Part shown: positions 36,969 to 47,389 of the stretch, one piece after another
Numbering within the stretch: the first letter of the stretch is position 1
Layout of the letters: each line of letters opens with the position of its first letter
From: a virus
Lineage: Duplodnaviria > Caudoviricetes
Virus record (IMG/VR): IMGVR_UViG_3300036971_000130
Reading direction: 5' to 3' (one strand)
Length of the DNA: 64,000 nt
Notes under the pieces: generated by a model
Database searches by the model: none
What the model saw: the letters and a program-made list of their open reading frames with translations, nothing else
Told to the model about the DNA's origin: nothing
Made by a program: the position numbers and the translations under genes

Positions 36969-37556
36969 TCAGACCGCCCGGTAACCACGGTAGGTGAGGC
37001 TGATCCGGGGACCGCACTTGAACGACGCCTTCGGGATGCGGTGGTAGTGCGTCTGCTGCATGCCGGGGAGCATGAACATGGCGGAGCCCGACCCGAGGCG
37101 GAAGCTCTCGATCAGCGGGCTGCCGATCCTCAGCATCCCGTCACGGTTGGCTTCGATCGAGGACACGAGGATGTCCCGCTCGGCACCGAAGGACACGGTG
37201 ACGACGGAACGCTCCGGGTCCATCTCGGGCGAATCGTCAGCGTGCCACCCGAGGGCGTTGCGCTCGTTCTCGTAGAGGTTGGCGAAGCAGACCTCGTATT
37301 CCTCACCTCGGACGCCAGAGAGCATGTCCCCGATCAAGGTGACGAGCGGGTGCGGGTCCTGCTGCTCGTAGGTGCGTGCTCGTTCGCCGGTGCCGTAGGT
37401 GTACGGGACCGGGACCTTGTTCGTGTACCACTCCCGACGAGCAGGGGTGACGCTCACCCACGGAAGCTCGTGGTACAGCGTCTCGAACGCCTGCTCGGCG
37501 TTCGGGTAGAAGTCGGGGACGTAGAGGACTGGGGCGGGTGGGTATTCGGTGCTCAT
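36969..37556 (-). CDS. AlkB-family 2OG-Fe(II) dioxygenase
   Basis: NLYE..LGWHADD, HRIPK, RISLTYR. Confidence 0.9.
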   Translation of the reverse strand: MSTEYPPAPVLYVPDFYPNAEQAFETLYHELPWVSVTPARREWYTNKVPVPYTYGTGERARTYEQQDPHPLVTLIGDMLSGVRGEEYEVCFANLYENERNALGWHADDSPEMDPERSVVTVSFGAERDILVSSIEANRDGMLRIGSPLIESFRLGSGSAMFMLPGMQQTHYHRIPKASFKCGPRISLTYRGYRAV

Positions 37557-37885
37557 GGGTTCTGGTTCTGGTTCTGGTTCAGGATTCGGTCGATGTCAGC
37601 CTGCAAGGCTTCTTCCCGATCGCTGCGACCCTGGGTCATGCGGGTGATGCGGATGGTGTGCTTCTCGAAGAAGGTGTCACGGGAGTGGATGCGGAGCTTC
37701 CACATGAACGCAGCGTCGAGGTAGAAGGACGGGTCGATGTTGCCTTCGCAACGCTCGCTGTCTCGAAGCCAGTCCATGAAGATGTCGAAGGTCTGCTCGT
37801 TCATCTCGAAGGTGGTTCTGATCAACTCGGTGAACTCGGCGTTCTCCGAGGCGAGGGGCTTCTGCGTCTTGCGGTTGCGGAACAT
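37553..37885 (-). CDS. Hypothetical protein
   Basis: GAGG SD, coupled to AlkB. Confidence 0.5.
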   Translation of the reverse strand: MFRNRKTQKPLASENAEFTELIRTTFEMNEQTFDIFMDWLRDSERCEGNIDPSFYLDAAFMWKLRIHSRDTFFEKHTIRITRMTQGRSDREEALQADIDRILNQNQNQNP

Positions 37886-38067
37886 CAGTTGACCTCGTGG
37901 TTGTTCAGGGCGGCGACGATGAAGTCGGCCCTGGCTTCCTTGGCGATCACGACGGGGTCCGTCAGATCGAGCGGTCCACGGTGGCGGTGGACGATGACGG
38001 CGAACTCGTCGTCGTCCTGGAGATCGTGATGATGGACTTGTTCGGGAGGGCAACTTCTCGATGTGCT

Positions 38068-38310
38068 TCACGAGAAGACCCCGGTCGGGATCGGCCACTT
38101 CAGGTTCCACCGGTCCGTGAAGGTCTTGGCCTGGTGATCGAACTTCCCGAAGTAGTCGGAGCCCGAGTAGACCATGTCCTTCTCGCCGGGAGCGCCGACG
38201 GCCGACGGGGTCTTCAGGAGGTACACGTACCCGTGGGGGTTCGGGCGGTTGCCGACGCTGCGGTCGACGTTGCCGAGGAACTCGTTGAGGGCTGCCTGGT
38301 CGATCTTCAT
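38068..38310 (-). CDS. Small hypothetical protein
   Basis: Leaderless after TGGACA-N17-CATGAT on minus strand. Confidence 0.6.
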   Translation of the reverse strand: MKIDQAALNEFLGNVDRSVGNRPNPHGYVYLLKTPSAVGAPGEKDMVYSGSDYFGKFDHQAKTFTDRWNLKWPIPTGVFS

Positions 38311-38705
38311 GGCACCATCATGGGTCGGTTCTCGTGGGCTGTCCAATCCTTCGTCCGAGATGCGACACGAAGGGACGGAGCGTGTCAGGACTCTGCTTCC
38401 GACCGATGAACCCGAACGACTGGACCGGTTCCCCGTCGAAGGAGATGGTTCCTCCGGTCTGGGAAGCCCACTTCACCTTGTCGAGCAACCTGACGACCTT
38501 CGACCACGCCTTCGTCCGGTAGAGCGATGCAGGTGTGCCATCGAAGGACAAGGAGAGCGTCCTCATCCGCCGGTCCATCGAGACCTCGAACCTGTCGGAC
38601 TTCCACCAGGAAGCCCCGACGTAGGGGGTCATCTCACGATCGAAGACCTTGTTGAGTTCGATCCGAAGTCTCGGAGCGTCGCTGTCGGGAACGACGAGCA
38701 TCATC

Positions 38706-39404
38706 GACGAGGACGATCGTGTCTGGTTGGTCCTGCACTCGGGTTCCCGTGGGCCGGGCAACCAGTTGGCTTCCGGCCACATCGCCAACGCCAAGCTCAT
38801 CGAGCGGCTCTACGCCGACGGCACCGAGGTCGACCCCGACCTCCGCTGGTTCGTGGAGAGCACGCCGGAGTTCGCTCACTACGTGGCCGACCTCCGTTGG
38901 GCTCAGGCGTTCGCCTGGGAGAACCGGGAGATCATGCTGGACAACGCTCTGGCATCGCTGTTCCGCTTCATCGGTCACGGTGAGGCTGACGAGCGGGTCT
39001 CCTGCCACCACAACTACGCCGAGTGCGAGAACCACGGTGGCCGTGACATGTGGATCACCCGCAAGGGTGCGATCCGTGTCGCAGAGGGCCAGCTTGGCAT
39101 CATCCCCGGCTCGATGGGCACGGAGACCTTCATCGTGCGTGGCCTCGGCAACCCCGAGTCCTACGAGTCGGCGTCGCATGGCGCTGGCCGTGTGCTCTCC
39201 CGCAACCAGGCTCGCAAGATCCTGACGGTGGAGTCGCTGCACGAGGCGATGGCGGGTCGTACGTGGCTCGACGGCAAGGCCGAGAAGCTGCTCGATGAGC
39301 ACCCGAAGGCGTACAAGGACATCCGGAAGGTCATCGCCCGCCAGGCGGACCTGGTGACCCCGGTCCACACGCTGAAGGCGGTGCTGAACTACAAGGGCGC
39401 TTGA
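38706..39404 (+). pseudogene. rtcB: RtcB RNA ligase, C-terminal half only
   Basis: HSGSRG, CHHNY, RKGA, IPGSMG, SHGAGR, AYKDI present; N-terminal DIGCG and GNHF motifs absent. Confidence 0.8.
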
Positions 39405-39465
39405 TGTTGGGATGGGGTCTCCACTCAGGAGGCCCCATCTTGACCACCCCAAGACCCGTGTGTTC

Positions 39466-39858
39466 ATGGCTGTCGCTGTTGCAGCGATCGCCGTTCTCGT
39501 GTCGGCGTGTTCGCCGTCCGGCGACTCGATCGAGAACGCCACCCTCGACCGTGTGATCTCTTGACGGAACCTCCCGGCGAGGTCGAACTGGGAGTACACC
39601 CAGACGAAGAACACCGTCTCGAACGGAGTCGGAACCCTGCTCCGGCAGTGCAAGCTGAAGTCCGATCCGTCCGAGACCATCTTCCTCGCCACCTTCTACG
39701 AGGGGCCGGGCAAGAGGACGCAGTCCCAGGCCGGATGGCACAACGACCCCGAGGGCTACGGCATCATCTTTGACTGGTCTCGTTCGGACGCTTCCGGCGA
39801 GCCAGGTCTACACGATGATCCCGAGAGGCGACTACCAGGGTTGCTCCTTCACCAGCTA
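39466..39858 (+). pseudogene. Disrupted lipoprotein
   Basis: Lipobox VSAC, in-frame TGA near 39562, probable later frameshift. Confidence 0.45.
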
Positions 39859-40230
39859 GAAGTCCCTCGGGGCGCAGCGGTAGAGCGACGTGCCCTTGTA
39901 GATGCAGTACGACTCGGTGTTCGTGTTGGCCTTCGGGGCGACGTACACCTCGTTGCCTCTGGTCGGGTTGTAGCCTGACGAGAAGAACCTGCGTCCCCAT
40001 GACGTGTCGCAGTACCCCTGGTACTCGATCTTGTAGTCCGTCGGCCGTGCTGCGGTCCGTCGGTTGCCGGTGACCTTGCAGTTCTTCGGTGTCCCGCCGT
40101 AGAAGAAGTCGATGGTGCGCTTCTCCAAGCCGAAGTTGTTGGGTGGCGTCGTCTTCTCGTACTTGGGTTCGCAGGCTGCGAGACCGGCGACGACGAGCAG
40201 GGCCATGAGCGGAACGATGAGCTTCTTCAT
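39856..40230 (-). CDS. Lipoprotein
   Basis: MKKLIV..LAAC. Confidence 0.75.
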   Translation of the reverse strand: MKKLIVPLMALLVVAGLAACEPKYEKTTPPNNFGLEKRTIDFFYGGTPKNCKVTGNRRTAARPTDYKIEYQGYCDTSWGRRFFSSGYNPTRGNEVYVAPKANTNTESYCIYKGTSLYRCAPRDF

Positions 40231-40241
40231 GGCGTTCGAGC

Positions 40242-40508
40242 CTACCATTCGGTGAAGTTGGAGGCCCATCGTGCGAGGTTCATGGTGTCGGCATCTTCTC
40301 CGAGCAGGGATGCGGCTTCGTTGAGCGACATCGCTTCGGTGTTCTTGACGGCGTTGTACGGGCAGCGGATCATCGCTGTGAGGAACATCATCTCGTGCCT
40401 GGTGAGACGATCGACGTTGAGGGCCGACCCGGTCATCCGCCGGTCGAAGATGATCGAACCGAGCTTGTCGTAGTCGATGGTGAACAGGACGTTCTTGTGC
40501 TCCGCCAT
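40242..40508 (-). CDS. Hypothetical protein
   Basis: ORF with typical codon usage. Confidence 0.5.
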   Translation of the reverse strand: MAEHKNVLFTIDYDKLGSIIFDRRMTGSALNVDRLTRHEMMFLTAMIRCPYNAVKNTEAMSLNEAASLLGEDADTMNLARWASNFTEW

Positions 40509-40564
40509 GCACGTTCTATCGGCACCTGAACCACTCTATGTGAGGTTTTCTCGCAGAAAGTGGT

Positions 40565-41311
40565 TCAGGCGACGGTGTGGATGCCGTAACCCGGTCCGTC
40601 CGTGAGGATGACGCCGACAGCACCCGGCAACGTGTTGGCCGACATCGTCTCGACCCTCGTGCCCTCGAAGAAGTTGGTGCGGCGCTGGTGCCAGTGACCG
40701 GTCACGAACAGCTTCGGCCTCGTGTTCCTGACCGCCTGCTGAAGCAGGTCGTTGACTGCATGGAGATCGTCGACGCAGTCCGCTGGGGGCCAGAAGGTCC
40801 GCTGAGGGAGAGCCCCGGTGATCGCTTCGTGAGCGATCAGGATGTCGAGCGGCTCATGGCCGAGACGTGCCAGGTCGCCACGGTGAGGCGCTTCATCGAG
40901 GAACACGCTGACTCCGAGAGGCCGACGGTTCCGGTCAGCGGACACCGCACCTCCGAGTCCACCGAAGCGGTGACCGTCGATGGTGAACCTGCCACCCCGA
41001 CGGATGTGGAACACCCCTGGAACGATCTCGCTCAGGTCTCGGTCGTGAGATCCGATGATCGGCCCGAGAAGGTCGTGGTTCTCGTGGTTGCCGTCGACCC
41101 AGTAGAAGGTGATCCCGTGCTCGACGCAGAAGTCCGAGATGTCGGTGATGTACGAAACGGGGATCTTCGGCATGGCGAACCCGAAGTCACCGACCTGGAC
41201 GACGTGCTTGACACCGAACGGAAGCAGGGCATCAAGGGAGCGCATCATGTCGACTCCGTTGCCGTGCATGTCTCCGATGACTCCGGCAACAACCTGATGG
41301 GTCTGGTCCAT
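40565..41311 (-). CDS. Calcineurin-like metallophosphoesterase
   Basis: GDMHG, VGDFG, DGNHE, GHWH. Confidence 0.9.
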   Translation of the reverse strand: MDQTHQVVAGVIGDMHGNGVDMMRSLDALLPFGVKHVVQVGDFGFAMPKIPVSYITDISDFCVEHGITFYWVDGNHENHDLLGPIIGSHDRDLSEIVPGVFHIRRGGRFTIDGHRFGGLGGAVSADRNRRPLGVSVFLDEAPHRGDLARLGHEPLDILIAHEAITGALPQRTFWPPADCVDDLHAVNDLLQQAVRNTRPKLFVTGHWHQRRTNFFEGTRVETMSANTLPGAVGVILTDGPGYGIHTVA

Positions 41312-41437
41312 CTTGCTCTCTCGATTCGGCGGCAAAGCGACATGGTAGCCTATCTGGACAAAGGCGACACGGACATGAAATGCCTGAGTTGTCCGTCATC
41401 GTCTTCTATGTCCGGTTAGGCCACCCATAGTGTAGGC

Positions 41438-42181
41438 ATGAAGAAGATCATCCCAGTCCTCATCGCTCTCGTCGCCATCACGATGACGGCAGCAGCATGT
41501 CAGCCCGGCAGCGCAGGACAGTCCTCGGTCGACAGGCCACCGAGTGGTGGAGCGAGGGTTCTCGTCCTCGGTGACTCGCTCACCGCCGAAGCCTGGAAGT
41601 CCGGCAGGCCCGAACTCACCCTGAAGTCCTGGAAGATGGACTGGGCCGGGTCGAAGTTCGGATCAACGGCATGCGACGGGTACGCCGTTGCCCGCAGCGT
41701 CCCGCTCCCCGATGTCGTCATCGTCTCCTACTCCGGCAACGCCGGTCTGTACTCCTGCGTGACGAAGGGCAACACCCTCTCGGAGAAGTACCAGTACGAC
41801 CTCAACCGGATCATCGACTTCTACAAGGGCAAGGGTGTCCGGATCGTCGTGGTCGGAGCACCGAAGCGTGCGACCGAGGGAACCGAGGCCGTGTACAAGG
41901 CGATGAAGTCGACGGCTGCCGCCAGAGGCGTGCCGTGGATGGACGGCGGCAACACGATCACCCCGAACCGAGCAGCAACCGTGCCTCGCACCGCAACCTG
42001 CCTCGCCGGTGAACCGTCGTGCCGGAGCAACGGCACGAACATCATCCGGAACGCCGACCTCACCCACTTCTGCCCAACGGATGTGGACTTCTACGGTCGC
42101 TGTGGTACATACTCGTCGGGTGCGTACCGTTTCAACCTCGCTCTCAACCACGCCGTGACCATCTCCAAGGCCGTGAAGTGA
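41438..42181 (+). CDS. SGNH/GDSL hydrolase lipoprotein
   Basis: Lipobox AAAC, GDSL, DxxH. Confidence 0.8.
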   Translation: MKKIIPVLIALVAITMTAAACQPGSAGQSSVDRPPSGGARVLVLGDSLTAEAWKSGRPELTLKSWKMDWAGSKFGSTACDGYAVARSVPLPDVVIVSYSGNAGLYSCVTKGNTLSEKYQYDLNRIIDFYKGKGVRIVVVGAPKRATEGTEAVYKAMKSTAAARGVPWMDGGNTITPNRAATVPRTATCLAGEPSCRSNGTNIIRNADLTHFCPTDVDFYGRCGTYSSGAYRFNLALNHAVTISKAVK

Positions 42182-42882
42182 CCGGACATCCGTTCCCCGG
42201 ATTCCAAGCCGAGATCACCTACTTGGGCGACCGTGTGCTGAAGCGGCATCACCACCACGGTGCGGCGCTCGCTGAGGTCGATGGTCTCCGTCGGTTCGAG
42301 CCCACCGGTGACTTCGTTCCCGTCCTGGACTTCGACGGCGACCGTCTGATCACGCTGGACTACGTCGAGCCGTTCCCCTACGAAGCTGCCAGCATCGGAG
42401 CGAACGTCTCCAACCTGATCCGCAAGATGTCGGAGGTCGACCCTCACGATCTCATGGAGACCCCGTGGCCGTTCCAGATTCCTGTGCTGAACTCGGAGTT
42501 CCACGTCAAGCTCGTGAACCAGGTGATGCGCCAGATCAAGGTCCCGAAGCAGAAGCCGGTCCCCGCTCACGGCGATCTGTGGCAGGGCAACATCATCATG
42601 GACGCCGACGGTGTGCTCCGCCTCATCGACCCGATCGCCTGCCTCCGCAAGCCGATCTTCTCGAAGGCGGAGTTCGCCGCTCGGGTCGTCGCCTATGACG
42701 GCATCAGCTACGCCGAGTTCGAGAAGCTGGCCGAGGACATGGGGGTCAGCGACATGCGGACCTTCAGCGATCTCGTCCTGGCGTTCTCCCTCGCCTCCTA
42801 CTTCTCGTACCAGCAGATGGACTGGATCGAGAAGATGAAGTCCTGGTCCACGGCTGTCGAGACCGTTCAGGGTTTGACCTGA
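42178..42882 (+). CDS. APH/fructosamine-kinase-like phosphotransferase
   Basis: HGDLWQGNII, LIDP. Confidence 0.75.
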   Translation: MTGHPFPGFQAEITYLGDRVLKRHHHHGAALAEVDGLRRFEPTGDFVPVLDFDGDRLITLDYVEPFPYEAASIGANVSNLIRKMSEVDPHDLMETPWPFQIPVLNSEFHVKLVNQVMRQIKVPKQKPVPAHGDLWQGNIIMDADGVLRLIDPIACLRKPIFSKAEFAARVVAYDGISYAEFEKLAEDMGVSDMRTFSDLVLAFSLASYFSYQQMDWIEKMKSWSTAVETVQGLT

Positions 42883-42908
42883 CCGTTCCAGCGACCCATG
42901 TTGACGAC

Positions 42909-43283
42909 ATGGCTTACTCGACGCTCACCAAGACCAACAACTTCGCTTCCGTCGGAGCCGTCAACCAGAAGGACGGCAGCAAGCGCATCCACATCTGCGA
43001 CCGCTGCCACTCCGAGGTCGTCTGGGTGAAGTCCGAGAAGACCGGGAAGTCCTACCTCTGCCTCGTCAGCAAGGGCTACCACGACCAGCGGTTCTACGTC
43101 GGCCGCAACTTCCACAACTGCGACGAGATCGTCGCCCGTCAGGAAGCGGAGACGGCCTTCTACGGTCGTGCGGAGAAGTCGGCTGAGTTCGTCACCGCCA
43201 TCCAGAAGGCGAACGCCGAAGGCGACACCGCCGAGGTGGAGCGCCTCATGGCCGAGTACGACGAGTGGGTCGAGTCGCTCTGA
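42909..43283 (+). CDS. Small Zn-binding protein
   Basis: CDRC..HNC; leaderless. Confidence 0.65.
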   Translation: MAYSTLTKTNNFASVGAVNQKDGSKRIHICDRCHSEVVWVKSEKTGKSYLCLVSKGYHDQRFYVGRNFHNCDEIVARQEAETAFYGRAEKSAEFVTAIQKANAEGDTAEVERLMAEYDEWVESL

Positions 43284-43315
43284 CGAAGAACGCCCGGCCG
43301 ATCGGCCGGGCGTTG

Positions 43316-43714
43316 TCAGTTCTGGGCGATGACGTGGGTCAGGTGGGAGATCGAGGCTGAGAGAAGCCACTCGACTCGGTCGTAGCCGTGGTCTCCGTGG
43401 TAGTCGCACTCGTGGCTGAGAGCGCATCGTTCGAGGTACTCGACCATGTGCGGGAAGTACCCGATCGCCTCGTCGAGATCCTTCTGACGGTTCGCCGGAT
43501 GGAACGCCACCAGGTTCACCCCGAGAGCCGAAGCGGCCACCATGAGGTTCATCCGAGCCTTCACCGGGTCGTCGTTCTTGACGGCATCGACGACCGCCGG
43601 GATCGAGATGACGGCCAGAGCGAGACCTTCTTCTCCGGTCAGCGTCTCGTCGATCTTCCTCATGGCCTCGGCTGACTCGTTCAGCTTCTTCGACCTGATG
43701 TCCAGTGGGATCAT
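43316..43714 (-). CDS. Hypothetical protein
   Basis: Leaderless after CATGAT. Confidence 0.6.
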   Translation of the reverse strand: MIPLDIRSKKLNESAEAMRKIDETLTGEEGLALAVISIPAVVDAVKNDDPVKARMNLMVAASALGVNLVAFHPANRQKDLDEAIGYFPHMVEYLERCALSHECDYHGDHGYDRVEWLLSASISHLTHVIAQN

Positions 43715-43767
43715 GTCACCATCATGGGTTGTGGTCGGACGACCTCGTTGTCGCCCGACCACTCACC

Positions 43768-44436
43768 CTACCGCATGACGTAGACGACTGCCGGACGGCC
43801 GCTGCCCGCCGGGTTCGGCCAGGTCTGACCGTTCGGCTCGATCCAGTCGAGCGAGTCCATCTTGCGACGGACGTTCGACGGGTCGACATCGGCTCTGGTC
43901 AGGACACGCTGGACCATCGCCACCCGGCTCGCTGTGGTGATCGGGTTCCCGTCGTCGTCGACCCCGATGTGTGTCAGGGAACGGAACAGGTCCGACTCGT
44001 TCCAGAACCGATCCCGGTACCAGGACATCACGTCGTCGACGATCCGGTGATGGTCGAACGCCAGACCGCTGTTGCGGTAGACGTTCTTCCAGAACCCCGT
44101 CTGCACTCCGGTTCCGACCTTCGGTGCGGTCACCACCGAGATCGACAGGACGTGACCTCGTGGGTCCCGGTCGTCACAGTCAGAGACCCCGACCTGCCGA
44201 ACCGACAGGAGGTTCTCGGGGCACAGACCGGCCTTGTTCAAGACCGCCCGATCGCTGGCGTTGACGATGGACTCACCACGGCCGAGGTAGACGCCGGGGA
44301 GGGCGTGAACACCGGCGAAGGGCTCCTGGTCACGGATGACGGTCAGGAACTCCAAGCGGTTGAGCCGCTCGTTGAACCTGAGGACCACAGCGTCGACGGT
44401 CACGATCGGACCGACGTAGGTGTCGTGCCCGCTCAT
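43768..44436 (-). CDS. nrtR: NrtR-family Nudix-wHTH regulator
   Basis: TVDAVV, degenerate Nudix box, RDPRG, LAFDH, DPSNVRRK, GRPAVVY. Confidence 0.8.
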   Translation of the reverse strand: MSGHDTYVGPIVTVDAVVLRFNERLNRLEFLTVIRDQEPFAGVHALPGVYLGRGESIVNASDRAVLNKAGLCPENLLSVRQVGVSDCDDRDPRGHVLSISVVTAPKVGTGVQTGFWKNVYRNSGLAFDHHRIVDDVMSWYRDRFWNESDLFRSLTHIGVDDDGNPITTASRVAMVQRVLTRADVDPSNVRRKMDSLDWIEPNGQTWPNPAGSGRPAVVYVMR

Positions 44437-45956
44437 CCGAGGGTTCCGTTGTGCAGGCCGACCCGGTCGACCACGTCCTCCCAGTCCTGCCACATCTTGA
44501 ACTTGCCGTTCTCGTAGGCCACGATGAACTGGTCGTCGGGGTCGTAGAAGGGCTGATCGGCCTGGTGCAGCGTGTAGACGCCGTCGTTCAGGTGGACGGT
44601 GAGGTAGCCACGGCCCGACTTCTTCGTGCCGTTGTCGGTGGCCGGGTCCTTGAAGATCGGCTTCCAGACGCCGTCGATCTTGACGAGGGTGGCCTTCATG
44701 GCGAAGCCGAAGGTGTCACGGGTGACGTACTGGTACGTGTAGCTGCCGATGCCGAAGACGACGTTGGTGCTGGCGTACCCGAGAGCCATGAGACCTTCGC
44801 AGATGGCCGTGGCCCGGTCGTAGGTGATGCTGTCGCCGTAGATGAGGCCGATGTGGGGGTCGAGTTCCTTGTACCCCTTGCTGTTGACGGTCGATCCGAA
44901 GATGCCGTCGAGCACCTGGATGCTACCGAGACGAGCGGGGCTGCCATCGGGGGCGTCGGGGTCACCGCAGATGATCTTGACCGGATCGCCCGAGTCGGGG
45001 CGGATGACGAGCTTGCCGTCACGGGCCATGATCGTGTCCTTGATGTCCGGGAGAAGCTCGGTGAGCACCTTCCAGTAGTCCCAGGTGTCCGAGACGACCG
45101 AGAGGATGCCAGCCGGGTAGGTGGCGAGCAGACGGAGGTACGTCTCCTTCTCGTCGTCCTTGCCACCGGCGCACATCACGGCGTGCTCGGTGGCCGGGAC
45201 GGTGATGCCGACGAGCCGATCGAGGTGGTTCCGGCCGTAGTAGTAGTCGATGTAGTCGACCGCTGCGACATCATCGGTGCCGATGAAGGCGGTGAGGTGA
45301 CCGACCGCCGATGCGACACCGGCTTCGCTGCCAGCCATCCCTCGGGCCGAGAAGTCGTGGCCCTGGATCGCCGCCAGGAACGGCACGTCCGAGGTCTTCT
45401 CGGCGTAGCCATCGAGCAGGGTCCGGAAGCGGTACGCCTGTGTGGCCGTGGTGATCGGCTGCCAGAGTTCCTGCGAGAGCCAGGTCTCGATGTAGTTCGT
45501 GAGCCAGAAGGTCTCGGGGACCGTGTTGCGGACCTTCAGCATCGGGACACCGATGGGTAGCTTCGTGCCGTCGGGCAGCACCTCGAAGCGAAGGGGAAGC
45601 TCCTGAAGGTCCCAGAGGAACTTGATGTGGTCGACCGGGAACTCGGCATCGCCCAGCATGTTCAGGCAGCGAGCCTTGTAGCGGGCCTCGACGACCTCCC
45701 ACGGGGTCTCGAAGAACCGTCGCCAGCCCTTGTCGAGTTTGACGAGGGTCGGCTGGACCATCGTGATGATGTAGTCGATCCCGGTGATCCGGCTGGTCCG
45801 GGCCGTGAAGTTCGACTCCACTACCTCGGTGCCCTCCGGGTACTGTAAGATGTGACCGAGCTTGTAGGCGTCGATCAGCATTTCGATGGGGAGGAAGAAG
45901 TCCTCGTCCAGCCGTGCCGGGCGGAGGTCTGCTTCGGGGTTGGTGGTGATCTGCAT
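44433..45956 (-). CDS. NAMPT-like enzyme (Namat/NadV)
   Basis: DAYKLGH..QYP, HDFSARG, PATEH, VSDTWD, IRPDSGDP, IYGDSI, TRDTFGFAMK. Confidence 0.93.
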   Translation of the reverse strand: MQITTNPEADLRPARLDEDFFLPIEMLIDAYKLGHILQYPEGTEVVESNFTARTSRITGIDYIITMVQPTLVKLDKGWRRFFETPWEVVEARYKARCLNMLGDAEFPVDHIKFLWDLQELPLRFEVLPDGTKLPIGVPMLKVRNTVPETFWLTNYIETWLSQELWQPITTATQAYRFRTLLDGYAEKTSDVPFLAAIQGHDFSARGMAGSEAGVASAVGHLTAFIGTDDVAAVDYIDYYYGRNHLDRLVGITVPATEHAVMCAGGKDDEKETYLRLLATYPAGILSVVSDTWDYWKVLTELLPDIKDTIMARDGKLVIRPDSGDPVKIICGDPDAPDGSPARLGSIQVLDGIFGSTVNSKGYKELDPHIGLIYGDSITYDRATAICEGLMALGYASTNVVFGIGSYTYQYVTRDTFGFAMKATLVKIDGVWKPIFKDPATDNGTKKSGRGYLTVHLNDGVYTLHQADQPFYDPDDQFIVAYENGKFKMWQDWEDVVDRVGLHNGTLG

Positions 45957-45988
45957 GGTGTTGCTCTTTCTGTTTGGGTTGGTTGGGA

Positions 45989-46807
45989 TTACAGGTAGTC
46001 GGCCGGGTTGAGGTTCACGACCTGGATGTCGACGCCGACGACATCGGCAGCACCCATGTCATCGGCGCTCTGGAACGAGTCGGTGCAGGCGATGGTGCTG
46101 AACCGTTCTGCGAGGGAATCGAAGCCCTGCGAGAAGATCCCGTGGGTGACCCACAGGGCGGTGTTCTCCCACGGGTGGTTCATGGCGTCGGCCAGACCGA
46201 GGAAGGTGCCGCCGCCGTCGCAGATGTCGTCGACGACGAGGACCAGACGGCCGGGGTCGATCTCGGGGCACGAGAAGCCGGTGAGCTTCCCGGTGAGACG
46301 GTCACGGATCTTGTCGGCCTGCACGGTCTCCACACCGAAGTGGTTGGCGACTCGGGTGGCCCGCTTCACCGCTCCCTTGTCGGGGATGACGATGACGGTG
46401 TCGGGCGTGACGAGGTCGGCGGGGATCACGGTCTCCGGCTCGATGACCTTGCGGCCGAGGATGCGACCAGGCATGTAGTCGCTGTGGGGGTCGACGCAGA
46501 TGACCTCGTCGAACTCGACGGTGTTGATGATCTTGGCGTAGACCTTGGCCGAGAGCGACGGGGCGTGGTCGCCTCGTGCGGCGGGGAGGTAGGGGGCGAA
46601 CAGGACGACCCGCTCGGCTCCGAGTTGGCGAACGGTCTCACCTGCGAGGCAGGCCGAGACGATCTCGTGCGAGTTGGCTCCACGGAGGTCGACGATGACG
46701 GTCTGACCGGTGAGGTCGGTGGCGGGGTCGACGTTGTAGTGGGGCTCCCCGGCGGGGAAGGTGACGTGCTCCATGTCGAGCGGAGCTTCGGTGATGATGG
46801 TGAGCAT
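45989..46807 (-). CDS. PRPP-synthetase-like enzyme (Adps-like)
   Basis: FPAGE, PYLPAARGD, DPHS, PDKGA, VDDICDGGGTF, VTHGIFS. Confidence 0.9.
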   Translation of the reverse strand: MLTIITEAPLDMEHVTFPAGEPHYNVDPATDLTGQTVIVDLRGANSHEIVSACLAGETVRQLGAERVVLFAPYLPAARGDHAPSLSAKVYAKIINTVEFDEVICVDPHSDYMPGRILGRKVIEPETVIPADLVTPDTVIVIPDKGAVKRATRVANHFGVETVQADKIRDRLTGKLTGFSCPEIDPGRLVLVVDDICDGGGTFLGLADAMNHPWENTALWVTHGIFSQGFDSLAERFSTIACTDSFQSADDMGAADVVGVDIQVVNLNPADYL

Positions 46808-46851
46808 GGCGTGTTCCTTTCGGTCGGGGTGACCTTATCATGGGTGGCGGG

Positions 46852-46872
46852 TAATGGTCAAGCTGACTGTTA
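46852..46872. promoter_or_regulatory. NrtR operator
   Basis: 21-bp palindrome TAATGGTCA-AGC-TGACTGTTA with GT-N7-AC core at predicted TSS of minus-strand promoter 46878-46906. Confidence 0.75.
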
Positions 46873-46924
46873 TTCCTAACATGGGTGGTGTGACACGGCC
46901 GGTCCAACCGCCCATGATGAAGGC

Positions 46925-47389
46925 ATGAGCATCCACATCAGCGACACCGAAGACCTGACCGCCGAACGAGAGATCGTCGGGGCTCTCGCCTCGGTCGCCT
47001 CCCTGATCGGTGAGGTCGAGAAGCGCAGCAACCCGACGAACGCCGCCAAGATCGAGAAGCTCCGCACCTCGATCCTGGCCTTCATCGAGAGGGGAGCGGG
47101 CTTCCGCAACGTCAGCGACCTCTCCGAAGAACTCGGAGACGGCTCCTGGACCCAGGGCACCGCCGAGCAGAACTCGACCGCCCTCGCCGCCATCGACATC
47201 CGAGAGATCGGGTTCTACGTCTCGAAGCAGGTCCGCAAGATCGCTCACCGTCGAGGTGTCCGGGCCAAGCAGCGTGACCAGATCATCACCATCGCTGACG
47301 AGATGAAGGCGTTGGCTCGTGAAGGCTTCGCTGCGATCCAGCCCGGCAACTACACGGGGACGATCTCCTGGGCCAAGGAGGAAGCGTGA
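46925..47389 (+). CDS. Hypothetical protein
   Basis: Leaderless from divergent promoter. Confidence 0.65.
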   Translation: MSIHISDTEDLTAEREIVGALASVASLIGEVEKRSNPTNAAKIEKLRTSILAFIERGAGFRNVSDLSEELGDGSWTQGTAEQNSTALAAIDIREIGFYVSKQVRKIAHRRGVRAKQRDQIITIADEMKALAREGFAAIQPGNYTGTISWAKEEA

